Below, one piece after another: positions 21,044-32,040 of a stretch of DNA of 64,000 bases (position 1 is its first letter; every line of letters begins with the position of its first letter). The position numbers and the translations under genes were made by a program. The notes under the pieces are model-generated. The model worked only from the letters and a program-made list of their open reading frames with translations, ran no database searches and had not been told where the DNA came from. Source of the DNA: an uncultured Pirellulales bacterium (GTDB taxonomy: Bacteria > Planctomycetota > Phycisphaerae > Sedimentisphaerales > CAYZTY01); NCBI GenBank assembly GCA_964444665.1, contig CAYUIE010000003.1, forward strand, positions 234,990-298,989, read 5' to 3'.

Positions 21044-22585
21044 TTGAGAACTGGCATGTCTCTACGAAGACGTATAGTGATAAGCGCAGGATCGAATTGG
21101 ATTTTAACGTTTGTAAACACGTTTGTTGCGTTAATCTTAGTTCGTATCATAATAACCAGTATCGGCGAGACAAACTTTGGAATATGGTGTTTGCTTGCCT
21201 TTGGATTGTCTTATCCTAGGATTCTGGAAAACGCTTTCGTACTGGCGATGAATCGTTTCGCGGCTTTTTACCGTGACCATCTCGAGAATCTAAATCGCTT
21301 TTTGTCGGCATCATTTCTGATTCTTGGGTCCATGGCCGTAATAGTGCTGGTTGTAGCGGTTATATTATCATTTTTTGTTTCGGACATCTTTGCGGCAATC
21401 CCCCCTGAGTCTGCCAAAGACGCACAGATTACTTGCATACTCGTTGGTTTTACGCTGGCGGCAAAGATGTTAGGAGCAACCTTTAGCGGTGGATTGAAGG
21501 GCTTTCAGTACTACACTCGGTGTAACAATGCTATGATTGTAGGCTCGCTGCTCCGAGCAATTTTAACTGTAGGGCTGCTTTTTCTTTGGAAGAGCATTAT
21601 TGCAGTACAATTAGCGCACTTGGTGTCGGCGTCAATCTCTTCATTGTTGCTGTTTATTGTTGCACAAAAGTCCATCATCGGCCTTCGAGTTAATTTCAGA
21701 CTAATCAACAAACAAACAATACGGGAACTGTGGCAGTATACATACCACTCAGTTGCTCGTTCAGGTAGCTCGATTGTTATGTATAACACACTGAATTTGT
21801 TAGTTGGCTACAAAGGTACCGCTGTGGACGTAGCAGCATACAACATCGCTCTCAAGATACCAGCTTTTTTGCGTGGCTTACTTGCGTCAGCCCAGGTTGT
21901 TTTTCTTCCCGCCGTAACCACTCTTTTTGCGAATAAACAAATTGAAGGCATAAAGTCCGTTGTAAAGAAGGCAACTCGGATAAGTTTTGTTTTGACCTGT
22001 GCCTCATCGATTATACTGTTTGTCTTTGCGAAAGAAATTCTGTTTCTTTGGTTAAAAGATTCCGTTCCAGAAGGAACGATTAGATTGATGCAAATGTTAA
22101 TTATATCGATGGTTCCGTGTGGACTTTTCGGAATATGGCTGCCGGTATTGGTTGGGATGGGATATCTTCGTGGCCTGAGCATCGCAGCAATCGCCACTAC
22201 ATTAATCACAATTGTACTAACACTGATTCTTTTTCAGACATCTATTGCAATTACGACGGTTCCAGCAATAGCACTGATATTGGTCCTATGGATAGAACTG
22301 GGACTTTGGCTGCCCCTTTACGGATTGGGCAAATTAAAAATATGTCTTAGAGAATACTTAAAAGACGGTTTATGTCAACCACTGACAGCAACGGCAGTTT
22401 CAATTGCAGCGATATGGGGGCTGAATTACATACTTCCCAAAGAGAACACCGCCTGGCTAATAAGGCTTACGGCATTCACGGCCGTAATAGTGGTAAGTTT
22501 CATAACCATCTCATTACGGAGAGAAACTGCTGATTTAGTGGCCGTAGTCAAAAGGAAAATCGGCGGCAGAAAGGAACTCCGGTAA
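21044..22585 (+). CDS. wzx: Wzx-type polysaccharide flippase
   Basis: ~513 aa, about 12-14 TM segments, located in the polysaccharide locus. Confidence 0.8.
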   Translation: MRTGMSLRRRIVISAGSNWILTFVNTFVALILVRIIITSIGETNFGIWCLLAFGLSYPRILENAFVLAMNRFAAFYRDHLENLNRFLSASFLILGSMAVIVLVVAVILSFFVSDIFAAIPPESAKDAQITCILVGFTLAAKMLGATFSGGLKGFQYYTRCNNAMIVGSLLRAILTVGLLFLWKSIIAVQLAHLVSASISSLLLFIVAQKSIIGLRVNFRLINKQTIRELWQYTYHSVARSGSSIVMYNTLNLLVGYKGTAVDVAAYNIALKIPAFLRGLLASAQVVFLPAVTTLFANKQIEGIKSVVKKATRISFVLTCASSIILFVFAKEILFLWLKDSVPEGTIRLMQMLIISMVPCGLFGIWLPVLVGMGYLRGLSIAAIATTLITIVLTLILFQTSIAITTVPAIALILVLWIELGLWLPLYGLGKLKICLREYLKDGLCQPLTATAVSIAAIWGLNYILPKENTAWLIRLTAFTAVIVVSFITISLRRETADLVAVVKRKIGGRKELR

Positions 22586-23868
22586 TGAAGGTTCTAATTA
22601 TTAATCAGTGTGCCACCAATAAAGGCGATAGAGCGGTTTTATTTTTAGTGCTGAAAGAACTGGAACGAAACGGCCTTAAAGATATTGTAGTATCCACAAC
22701 CATTCCAAAATACTGGGAAGATAATCCTGATGTTCCAGATATGGAGGTAAAATTTGTTCCCTGGGGCTGGGGTCCAGGTCGAAAGAAGAATCCCAGTTTC
22801 CTGGATAAAGTGACTTATCGTATAAAGTCTAATATAAGACGGCGTATCATTTTTCCGATAATAAGAAATGCCCTACTTGCAGGGAAAAAACCAGGCTATA
22901 TTAGTATTTTATGCAATAAAGAATACCTTAATGCGTTGGACCAATCGGATATAGTTATAAGTACAGGCGGTCATCACGTAACAACGATAATTGCCGGCTG
23001 TATGGCTACCGGACAGATTCTTGATATGGCGCTGGCTTTAATATATGACAAGCCTTTATTACTCTGGTCACAATCTATTGGCACATTTGACTTCAAAGAC
23101 CCAAAGAACAAACTAATGGTCCAGAAAATCCTTTCGGAAGCCAGCCAGATATTTATTCGCGATATAGCTTCAGAGCTGGAAATAAAAAAACTCGGTGTTT
23201 CCGTGGACCATGTGCATAAAACCCGTGAATCGGTATTTGGACTTTACGAGCTTGTAAAGGCACGAATCAAACCGAGCGAACGCGAGGCCGTAATGGGACT
23301 TTCCGTATGGACCGGCCGCAAAGCCGACCCAAAAGTACGACAGCACTACATTGACTCTTTAGTAATGCTGGTCAACCATGCCATAGATGCAGGATACAAA
23401 ATCCTGTTTTTCCCGATGGAACTGGAAGGATATGATTTGCCTTTCTTGCGCGATATAATGAATAACTGCCAAAATAAACAGAGATGTAAAATACTGGAAG
23501 ACTGGCCCAATACAACAGAGCATATTAATGCTCTTTCACGATGCAGGATTTTTACCGGTCATAAGACCCACTCAGTGATATTTTCACTCACAACCGCAAC
23601 ACCGCTGGTTGCAATTGCATATCATAAAAAAACCGTGGATTTTATGACTCAGTTTGGAATAGAGGATTACGCCATTCCCGAAGAGAATCTTACGGGCTCC
23701 AGGCTTATTGAAATATTTGACAATGTCAACAGCAATCTCGATGCCATTAATCAGAAAGAAGAACAGACGGCGCTAAGGTTCAGCAGGCAGGTTGTCGATG
23801 ATTTTGCAAAGATGATTGAGCAAAGTAAAAAACTGATTTCTACCGGACGCGAAGATATATCCCAGTAG
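22585..23868 (+). CDS. Polysaccharide pyruvyl transferase (WcaK-like)
   Basis: NKGDRA, QSIGTF, IFIRD..S, H..IFSL, AIAYHKK. Confidence 0.85.
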   Translation: MKVLIINQCATNKGDRAVLFLVLKELERNGLKDIVVSTTIPKYWEDNPDVPDMEVKFVPWGWGPGRKKNPSFLDKVTYRIKSNIRRRIIFPIIRNALLAGKKPGYISILCNKEYLNALDQSDIVISTGGHHVTTIIAGCMATGQILDMALALIYDKPLLLWSQSIGTFDFKDPKNKLMVQKILSEASQIFIRDIASELEIKKLGVSVDHVHKTRESVFGLYELVKARIKPSEREAVMGLSVWTGRKADPKVRQHYIDSLVMLVNHAIDAGYKILFFPMELEGYDLPFLRDIMNNCQNKQRCKILEDWPNTTEHINALSRCRIFTGHKTHSVIFSLTTATPLVAIAYHKKTVDFMTQFGIEDYAIPEENLTGSRLIEIFDNVNSNLDAINQKEEQTALRFSRQVVDDFAKMIEQSKKLISTGREDISQ

Positions 23869-23913
23869 AAATCCGAAGAGCATTTTTAAACAATTTCTTT
23901 AATAGGTCGGCTT

Positions 23914-25287
23914 ATGGCCACAACAATAGCATTTATCTGCATTTTAGTCATGATATTGAGTATCCCGCTGATTTTACTGAAACCTCAGTTGGTTTTCTAT
24001 ATATTTTTGTTTTTTAAAATCTTCGAGAATATATTCGGCGGATATATCGCAGCTGCCAATAATCTTGGCTTTCCCAGAACCTGGCTGCCGGGAGATACAT
24101 TGTGGTTTACTACCCTTATTGCGGCGTTTTTTGTACAATATGAAAAGCGATTTGACACGGACACCGTTGGAAAATGCCTGAGCATAATATTTTTCATCAG
24201 CATCTTTTCCCTGATTCAAGGAACTATTATGTTTTTTGAATCAGCTTTGACTTACTCACGCGTAATTCACTTTGTGGCAGCAATTATTTTTGGTCTTAGA
24301 TACTTCACAAACTATCGTCGGACCAATGCACTCTTTAAGTTCCTGATTTTCAGTATTATAGTAATGTTCGTCCTACAAGTTCTCATAAGATTCGGTCTGT
24401 TTACTCCCCCTATATCTGAACAGATTAAAACTACATCCTTGAGCGGCGAACGAGGTACATACGCTCTCGTTCCCTTGCTGTACATTGCACTGATAGCCAT
24501 CGCCATTGGCCGGCTGGTGACTAAGTCCGGTTCCCGTACAATATCTTTTATTGCTATTTTAGCCAGCATATCTGGTGTATTACTGAGTGAGACAAGGTCG
24601 ACATATGGAGCAGTGGGCGTACTTTTCCTCTCATCTATGATTTTTATCAGGGGCAGGATTAAAACCCTGGTACTTTTCGGCCTTATGACCATAATGGCAG
24701 TTTATATTGCTAACCAAATAGGTTTCGAGTTTCTGGCAAGATTTGAGCAAGATTCCAGTCCTGTGGCCACGGCCATTTCAGCCTTTAAGGGAACAACCTG
24801 GCGTGCGAAAGAGTATGGAATTTTAGCTAATGTCTACAAGGAAACTCCCGGATTTATACTGACCGGACGAGGTGTTGGGGCTCTTCACCAATCAACTGGC
24901 CGTGGTTTAAAGTACGGTGGACAGATTGGCTATTACCATTCAGAGTATCTGGGTTGGCTGGACAGGTGCGGCCTTATCGGATTATTCGCGCTAATTTCTT
25001 TGATGGTGACCGCCACTTGGAGGAGTTTTATTTTGACCAAAAATGAAATTCCACAGATACGCTGTTATGCGATAACCACTTTTTTGCTATTTATATCTTT
25101 AATGGCGGAAGGCCTCTTTCATCCGATATTTTCAAACTCCCGAGCCGCGTCAATTTTAATATGCTTTGCCGTGATTATAGCTAACTGGCAATATATTTAC
25201 TATGATTTCTATGAATGGCAGGATGCTTCGTCGACTTATGAACCTCAAGAAAATGTTCCTCATCAACTCGACGTTGATTTCGCTTAA
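23914..25287 (+). CDS. O-antigen ligase/Wzy polymerase family membrane protein
   Basis: Multi-TM; LLSETRS, periplasmic loop with GRGVG and HSEY..WL..CGLIG. Confidence 0.75.
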   Translation: MATTIAFICILVMILSIPLILLKPQLVFYIFLFFKIFENIFGGYIAAANNLGFPRTWLPGDTLWFTTLIAAFFVQYEKRFDTDTVGKCLSIIFFISIFSLIQGTIMFFESALTYSRVIHFVAAIIFGLRYFTNYRRTNALFKFLIFSIIVMFVLQVLIRFGLFTPPISEQIKTTSLSGERGTYALVPLLYIALIAIAIGRLVTKSGSRTISFIAILASISGVLLSETRSTYGAVGVLFLSSMIFIRGRIKTLVLFGLMTIMAVYIANQIGFEFLARFEQDSSPVATAISAFKGTTWRAKEYGILANVYKETPGFILTGRGVGALHQSTGRGLKYGGQIGYYHSEYLGWLDRCGLIGLFALISLMVTATWRSFILTKNEIPQIRCYAITTFLLFISLMAEGLFHPIFSNSRAASILICFAVIIANWQYIYYDFYEWQDASSTYEPQENVPHQLDVDFA

Positions 25288-25342
25288 TTGTAAGAGATTT
25301 TCGTTTTAAGATGCATTAAGTCTGTAAGGACATATTCATTAA

Positions 25343-26491
25343 ATGCGTGTTTTAATGGTTGAGACTGGAGGTAGAGGCGGATTATATTCATACACGGATG
25401 GTTTGTGTCGCGGTTTGTGTGAAATCGGCGCCGATGTGACTGTGCTGACTAACTCATTATGGCCGGACCTCCCACAGCCATTCAAGATTGAAAGAAATCT
25501 GTTTGAAATTATAGACCCGGAAAAAAAGTGGTCCAAGTTACATTGGGCGTTTGACAGATTTTGGCGAAGCCTTAGTAATAGCCTGCGGCGCAACAGATTT
25601 GCGGAGAAGAATAAATTCGACATAGTTCATATCCAAATTGGAATGCCGTTGATAGACCAGTTCCTGCTAAAACCTTTAGCACGGCGTTTGCCTGTAGTGC
25701 TCACGATACACGATGTTCAACCTCACTCCAGACGTTTTCACTCCATGCATGCATTCTTAAAACGTTATTTTAAGATTCCCAATCGTCTGATAGTTCATTA
25801 TGAGGGCGGCAAGAAGCAATTGGTCGACAAGTATGACATCAGCGCCGAGCATATCAACGTAATTTGTCATGGTATGACACCTCTGTGCAATCCCGCTGTA
25901 CCGTCAGATGCGCGAAAAAAGTTAAATCTTCCTTTAGAGCGCGATATATTGCTTTTTTTCGGCACGATTCGCGCTGACAAGGGCTTAGATATTCTCCTCA
26001 AAGCGTTACAAATACTACGAACACATAATCCTCGTATTTTATTGGTAATTGCCGGACCTACCCCCCGCGAAGTCAGCTTTGAGACATACTCTAATATGAT
26101 TAAAAAGTATAATTTGTCGGCTTATGTGCAAACCTTTATCCGCTTTATCAATGATGAAGACGTAGATTATTTCTTTGCGGCCTCTGATATTGTTGTATTA
26201 CCCTATCTCAGATTTGAATCACAAAGCGGTGTACTACTTCGTGCATATACGCATAAAAAACCTGTAGTAGTCAGCAATGTCGGGGCAATTGGCGAATCAG
26301 TCTATGCGGACAAAATAGGGCTGGTGGTTGAGCCCGGCAATCCGGAATCTCTGGCTAAGGCTATTATAAGTTTATTAAATAATCTTGAAAAATTTAAGTC
26401 CCACTATAGTCCTGAACTCGAAAAAAAGTATAGCTGGAAACACGTTGCCGAACTGACTATGCGCACCTACGAACTGGCTATCGAAAAATAG
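25343..26491 (+). CDS. Glycosyltransferase family 4
   Basis: FFGTIRADKGLD, LPY..ESQSGVLL, VVSNVG. Confidence 0.92.
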   Translation: MRVLMVETGGRGGLYSYTDGLCRGLCEIGADVTVLTNSLWPDLPQPFKIERNLFEIIDPEKKWSKLHWAFDRFWRSLSNSLRRNRFAEKNKFDIVHIQIGMPLIDQFLLKPLARRLPVVLTIHDVQPHSRRFHSMHAFLKRYFKIPNRLIVHYEGGKKQLVDKYDISAEHINVICHGMTPLCNPAVPSDARKKLNLPLERDILLFFGTIRADKGLDILLKALQILRTHNPRILLVIAGPTPREVSFETYSNMIKKYNLSAYVQTFIRFINDEDVDYFFAASDIVVLPYLRFESQSGVLLRAYTHKKPVVVSNVGAIGESVYADKIGLVVEPGNPESLAKAIISLLNNLEKFKSHYSPELEKKYSWKHVAELTMRTYELAIEK

Positions 26492-26672
26492 CAACCCCAG
26501 CTGATAATTATTATGGATTCAGGGAGTTTTGTGACAAATATTTCCTACGGTCACATATTTTAAAATTACAAATGGTATTTTAAAAACAAAGGCGAATGCT
26601 ACCGGAAAATCCGTTATTTTTTCTGCTTAGGAAAATTGGAAAAAGTTTTGATGAAGGTTGTAAAGAACGCCT

Positions 26673-27638
26673 ATGAATCCAGATATTACTGAAAATCTGC
26701 TTTTTCGGTCAAGACAGATGTGGTACTGGTGGAAAATGCTCACGGGCAGAAGTTATTACCATAAAATTCAGAAAATGGGGAAGCTCTTTGTGCCTAATGA
26801 ATTAAAGGGATATTTCAATGATTTAACCGGCAAAATACACTGGACAGGGGAAGTTGACCGTGACGGCGTTCCTGTCAGCACTTTATCTGATGGCAGAAAG
26901 ATTCAATTTCCAATTTTGTTAACGCAAAAAGCTCTTGGACATTACGACCAGTGGCTTGCAGAAAAAGACGATAAAAACAGATTGCAGTTTTTAACATTGT
27001 GCCGCTGGCTTTCAGAACACCAAGACGAAAGTGGAGGCTGGAATACATGGCAGGCTCTTTTTGGACCGAAGTATCCGAAATATTCCGCGATGACACAGGG
27101 CCAGGCGCTATCGGTTTTGTCGCGGGCATTGAAATTAACAAACGACTCAAGATTTCAGCAAACAGCCGAAAAGGCGTTTAATCTATTTCTTATTGACGTA
27201 AAGGAGGGAGGTGTAACTTACTTTGAAGAAAATGGGATTTTTCTCGAGGAACTACCTTCACAACCAAGAAATACAGTTCTCAATGGATGGATATTCGCTT
27301 TATTTGGTCTTTATGACTACAATCTGATTGTTAATGAGTCCAAAGTGAGGGATATGTTTGAGCAATCCATCGATACTCTTGCCCAACACCTTGCCGACTA
27401 CGACTGTGGCTATTGGTCATACTACAACTCCAAAAAATCTATAAGTAGTCCTTTTTACCACAGCTTACACATAAGCCAGCTCGAGGCACTAAACCTAATC
27501 AGCCAGAATCCCATATTCAAGCAATATAACCAGCAGTGGAACATCTACCAACACAAGTTCATCAACAAAACCCGGGCTTTTATTGTAAAGACAATTCAGA
27601 AATTAAAAGAGCCGGCAAGAATTACCATCACGAAATAA
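26673..27638 (+). CDS. D-glucuronyl C5-epimerase family protein
   Basis: YSAMTQGQALSVL, FLEE, VLNGWIFALFGLYD, YDCGYWSYY, FYHSLHISQL motifs. Confidence 0.88.
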   Translation: MNPDITENLLFRSRQMWYWWKMLTGRSYYHKIQKMGKLFVPNELKGYFNDLTGKIHWTGEVDRDGVPVSTLSDGRKIQFPILLTQKALGHYDQWLAEKDDKNRLQFLTLCRWLSEHQDESGGWNTWQALFGPKYPKYSAMTQGQALSVLSRALKLTNDSRFQQTAEKAFNLFLIDVKEGGVTYFEENGIFLEELPSQPRNTVLNGWIFALFGLYDYNLIVNESKVRDMFEQSIDTLAQHLADYDCGYWSYYNSKKSISSPFYHSLHISQLEALNLISQNPIFKQYNQQWNIYQHKFINKTRAFIVKTIQKLKEPARITITK

Positions 27639-27753
27639 TAGTGAAAACAGCATAGTTTCTCACGTTTTTTAAAAGTTAGTTTGACTTCTGTCATTAATAA
27701 ACTCAAAACATACTAAAAGCCCGATTGAAAAACATCACGGCCGATGAGTTGTC

Positions 27754-29094
27754 TTGTTGACAAGGCAGCATAAAGAAAAAAACAGGAACAAATGGATCAG
27801 AGCAGTAAACAGAGAAAACACTATGACAAAACTCACAAGCCCAATTATGAGAAATACCTCAAAAATCCTGACAGAAAGAGGTAAACAGAAGCGGACATAT
27901 AGCAGAGATGGAGGTCCGGTTCGGCAGCCCTGCGAACGGCAGCGGATCTTACACATCGCACCAATGCCGCCAGCTATTGGAGGGATGGTAACTTACTTCC
28001 AGGAATTTCTAAATTCCGGCGTCTCTGAAAAATTTGAGATGCACATCGTTCCCAGCGACCTTGTCAACAAGCTCGCCTGCAAAGGTTTTCACAGAAGTGT
28101 GATGAACATCGTAAACGGTGTGGTAGTTGTCTTCGCTGTATTATGGCAGTTGATAATCTTTCGTCCCAAAATTGTTCACATTCAAGCGAATTCCGGGCCC
28201 GGTTTTTTCGAAAAGTCATTTATATCGTTGCTTGGCCGTTTACTCCGACGTAAGGTGGTAATGCATATGCACGGAGGAGGATTTGGAGATTTCTACCGAC
28301 GTGCTTCACATTTCTCAAAGTGGCTGATTAGGAAATGTATCAATTTAAATCACTATATAGTAGCTGTCTCGCCACAGATGCGTCAAATCCTTATAGAGAT
28401 TGGCACATCACCGGGAAGGGTCCAATTAATAAGAAATGCTATCGTCATACCACCAGAGACTGTTTGGAAACAAAAAGATGCTGTACAAATCAGCAATGCA
28501 TTACCAAGTATAGTGACGGTTTTGTTTCTAAACAGAATTTCAATTGCCAAGGGTGTGATTGAACTCATTGAAGCAGCTAAGCTTGTACATAAGAAATTTC
28601 CATCGGTATTCTTTCGCATAGTTGGAGTTGAATCTGCCGATTGTGAATTTATCAGAAAACATATTGCTGACGCGGGGGAAGAGAAAATTCAACTCTTCGG
28701 TCCGGTTTTCGGTCAGGCCAAGGAAAACGAGTTTATGAATGCAGACATCTATGTTCTTCCAAGCCATTTAGAGGATTTACCTTACGGCCTGATGGAAGCA
28801 ATGTCGCTGGGCTTGCCTTGTATAGCATCGGATGTTGGAGGCATACCAAGCCTGATTGAAAACGAAAGAAGCGGACTACTCGTTAAGCCAAAAGATGTCA
28901 GCACCCTACATCAAGCGCTGGAACTTCTCGTCTCTGATGAGAAACTTAGACGGCGAATAGGTCTCGAGGCAAGGACAAGAATTGAAAAATTGTTTAATTG
29001 GTCTGATCGCGCAGGGGAAATAACAGAGTTCTATAACAAGGTGCTTGGCAGCTACACAACCAAAACTACAGAGCATAATCACGCCGAAAATTAA
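27754..29094 (+). CDS. Glycosyltransferase family 4 (true start probably downstream of 27754)
   Basis: HMHGGGF, KGVIELI, YVLPSHLEDLPYGLMEAM, SDVGGIP. Confidence 0.9.
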   Translation: MLTRQHKEKNRNKWIRAVNRENTMTKLTSPIMRNTSKILTERGKQKRTYSRDGGPVRQPCERQRILHIAPMPPAIGGMVTYFQEFLNSGVSEKFEMHIVPSDLVNKLACKGFHRSVMNIVNGVVVVFAVLWQLIIFRPKIVHIQANSGPGFFEKSFISLLGRLLRRKVVMHMHGGGFGDFYRRASHFSKWLIRKCINLNHYIVAVSPQMRQILIEIGTSPGRVQLIRNAIVIPPETVWKQKDAVQISNALPSIVTVLFLNRISIAKGVIELIEAAKLVHKKFPSVFFRIVGVESADCEFIRKHIADAGEEKIQLFGPVFGQAKENEFMNADIYVLPSHLEDLPYGLMEAMSLGLPCIASDVGGIPSLIENERSGLLVKPKDVSTLHQALELLVSDEKLRRRIGLEARTRIEKLFNWSDRAGEITEFYNKVLGSYTTKTTEHNHAEN

Positions 29095-29113
29095 CCTTGG
29101 TATATGTAACAAA

Positions 29114-30514
29114 ATGGCATCGCTAAAAGAAAAAATCTACTGGAAAATGCCTTTTTTTTGTAAGAACTGGATGGCTTCGTGGAATGCCCGACGGCTTAAC
29201 CGCGAAAGGTTTGGTCCGGATTATGACCGTGCTCTCCAGGAGATTGCCGAGCACGATAACTGGTCGGCTGAACAATTTGTAGACTATCAGCGACGTGAGC
29301 TTTGCAGCCTGATTCGGCACGCAGCCAAAAATGTACCGTATTATCGTAAGCAATTTACTGAGGCAGGTATTAGACCGGATAGCATTTGCGGACCGGAGGA
29401 CCTCAGACATTTGCCTATTCTCGAAAAAAGAACGGTGCAAGCAGAGCCGCCAGCTTTTCTGGATGAGACCCTGAGTAAACGCCAATTGGTAACTTTGTAC
29501 ACTTCGGGCACTACTGGTACGCCACTCACCATATATCGGGATGTGCGGCTTTATTCGGCCGGGTTTGCATATCTCGACGCGAGGTGGCACGCTGTGTCTG
29601 GGATGCGCAGGCGAGTTAACCGGTCTGTCAGCCTTGGTGGACATCTGATTACTGCACCCAATCGGAACAGACCTCCCTTCTGGGTCTATAACAAACGCTG
29701 GAAACAGTTGTATATGTCCAGTTACCGACTCTCGCCAAAGTATCTTGATTACTATGTCGATGAATTGCGGAATTTTAATGGCGAATACATCGAAGGTTAT
29801 CCATCGAGTATATATGCCGTTGCCCAATATATAGTGGACAAGAAACTTGAGCCGATACCATTCAAAGCCTGCTTTACGACGGCTGAGACTCTGTTTGACC
29901 ATCAACGTCAGATGATAAGTGAGGCATTTTGCTGCAGAACTTACAACCAGTATGGCTGCGGAGAACAGGTAGTATTTGCCGCTGAGTGCGAAAACGGCTC
30001 GATGCACCTGAGCCCGGAGATTGGAATCGTCGAGGTACTTGATGATAATGATAAGCCGGTTCAGCCGGGGAAAATAGGACAGTTGGTCTGCACAAGCCTG
30101 ATTAACCGGGTGCAACCATTCATTCGTTATCGGCTGAATGATATTGCCTCGTTACTGCCCGGGCGCTGTTCGTGCGGCAGTTCTTTGCCAATGCTCGGTC
30201 ATATCGAGGGCAGAGTTGACGCGGTACTTATCACACGCGATGGGCGAAAGATAGGCCGTCTCGACCCTGTTTTCAAAGGAGCCAAGGGTATCGCGGAGGC
30301 TCAGATTGTGCAGAATGATTATGACAAGTTCGTAATTAGAATTGTTCCTGGAAATGATTACAGCGCGTCTGACGGTCAAAATGTTATTCAAAATCTGGGG
30401 AATCGCGTGGGAGAGGCTGATATTCGCATTGAAATTGTTGGCCGGATAGAACGAACCTCGGCTGGCAAGTTCAAAGCTGTAGTGTGTAATTTACCTAAGG
30501 AGCGCGCCTGTTAA
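29114..30514 (+). CDS. Phenylacetate-CoA ligase family (PaaK/CapK-like adenylate-forming) protein
   Basis: TSGTTGTP, YGCGE, PFIRYRLND, IEGRVD, RTSAGKFK; start set at MASL ATG 29114 to avoid overlap. Confidence 0.85.
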   Translation: MASLKEKIYWKMPFFCKNWMASWNARRLNRERFGPDYDRALQEIAEHDNWSAEQFVDYQRRELCSLIRHAAKNVPYYRKQFTEAGIRPDSICGPEDLRHLPILEKRTVQAEPPAFLDETLSKRQLVTLYTSGTTGTPLTIYRDVRLYSAGFAYLDARWHAVSGMRRRVNRSVSLGGHLITAPNRNRPPFWVYNKRWKQLYMSSYRLSPKYLDYYVDELRNFNGEYIEGYPSSIYAVAQYIVDKKLEPIPFKACFTTAETLFDHQRQMISEAFCCRTYNQYGCGEQVVFAAECENGSMHLSPEIGIVEVLDDNDKPVQPGKIGQLVCTSLINRVQPFIRYRLNDIASLLPGRCSCGSSLPMLGHIEGRVDAVLITRDGRKIGRLDPVFKGAKGIAEAQIVQNDYDKFVIRIVPGNDYSASDGQNVIQNLGNRVGEADIRIEIVGRIERTSAGKFKAVVCNLPKERAC

Positions 30515-30593
30515 AAAAGTATAACAATATAGATTAGTTTTCCGGATCAAAACTATAAATATCAAATGAGACCCCCGGTTTTGAGGGCATTAA

Positions 30594-31691
30594 ATGCGCA
30601 TTTGCTTTATCTCACAGGGACAATTTCTCCATACTGACGCCTACCTGGATTATTTTAAGAGCAGCGGATATGAAGTGCATTATATTTCGCTAACTCCTAC
30701 TCCGGAAAGAGAAGTACCAACTTATAATCTGGGGTTTGGTAAGAAATATTCAAACACTGAGGGTAAATGGAAATATCCTATTAGCATGCTTCGAGCAAGA
30801 AGGCTGGTCCAAAGGTTAAAGCCGGACATTGTACACACACACTATGCTTCAAGCGGCGGCTTGGCGGGTCTTGTTTGTAACCTTCATCCTACAATTGTAA
30901 CGGTGCACGGAACTGACCTAATGGTTAAGATAAAATCTGGAATATGGCGACTTTTACTGAAAGCCGTATTTAACCATGCAGATTGCATTAACACAGTCTC
31001 AGAAGACCTCAAAAATATGACCTTAAGCCTCGGCATTCCTCCCGACAAAATCAAGACGTTCACGCTGGGAATTAATACCGAAAAATTCTCTTTTCTTGAA
31101 CGGCCGATTATTAATAGAAATCAGCCGCTAAAGTTTGTCTGCACAAGAGCTCTGGCCCCAGTTTATGACCATCCCACCATAATAAACGCCCTTGGTATTT
31201 TGAAACGTAAAGATATTGATTTCCGTACGACTTTTGTTGGGACAGGAGATATGAAGGAAAAACTCGAGCAACAAACTGCCGATTTGGGTCTTACAGACCG
31301 GGTAACTTTCCTGGGAAGTGTCGAAAATAATGAATTGCCTAAAATATTGCATGGAAACGATGCTTATCTATCCTCTTCCATAAGGGACGGAACAAGTCTT
31401 TGTTTGCTTGAAGCAATGGCAACAGGAATATTTCCAATTGTCTCTCGTATAAAAGCAAATACCGCATGGTTGGACGATGGTGAAAGTGGTTTATTATATA
31501 AAGTTGGTGACGCAGATGATTTGGCAAAGTGCATTATGAAACTGCTTAACCAGCCGGAAATTGCTGTAGAAGCTGCACGACGCAATAGAAAAAAGGTGGT
31601 TGAAAAAGGGGATAGAAATAATAATATGAAGTGCCTGGAGCGAATTTATAAAGATTTGATTGATAAAACGCATACAGGCGAGACTGAATAA
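30594..31691 (+). CDS. Glycosyltransferase family 4
   Basis: VTVHGTD, DGTSLCLLEAMATG. Confidence 0.9.
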   Translation: MRICFISQGQFLHTDAYLDYFKSSGYEVHYISLTPTPEREVPTYNLGFGKKYSNTEGKWKYPISMLRARRLVQRLKPDIVHTHYASSGGLAGLVCNLHPTIVTVHGTDLMVKIKSGIWRLLLKAVFNHADCINTVSEDLKNMTLSLGIPPDKIKTFTLGINTEKFSFLERPIINRNQPLKFVCTRALAPVYDHPTIINALGILKRKDIDFRTTFVGTGDMKEKLEQQTADLGLTDRVTFLGSVENNELPKILHGNDAYLSSSIRDGTSLCLLEAMATGIFPIVSRIKANTAWLDDGESGLLYKVGDADDLAKCIMKLLNQPEIAVEAARRNRKKVVEKGDRNNNMKCLERIYKDLIDKTHTGETE

Positions 31692-32040
31692 AAACATATA
31701 AACCTTACTTTGGCAGCGGATATCCCCAAAAACTCATTTGTATATCTATCAGGATAATGGCACACAGCCATCAGGAAAAAGCAGGAGGTAGCACATCCAT
31801 ATATTAGTTGTACATCAGTACTACCTACATAATGGCAAGGCTGGAGGCTCACACTGGAATCAATTCGCGAAGTTTGGGGCGAAGGCAGGTCTTGTAAACG
31901 CCCTGATGCTATTAACAAAGGCACATCATTACTCTAAGTAAGTAAGTTCGATTGATAACTCTGGTTAAAGCGACTTGATAACTCGTATAAAAAGACTTTT
32001 TGGATTAATCGGTCATCCCGGGAAATTATGGAGGTAACGA

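Noticed and set aside
29123-30115. 330-aa minus-strand ORF
   Set aside because: Antisense shadow of the PaaK-like gene.
31952-31984. Direct repeat TTGATAACTC x2 upstream of the WbuB-like gene
   Set aside because: Plausible regulator site but only two short copies in AT-rich DNA; cannot be assigned.
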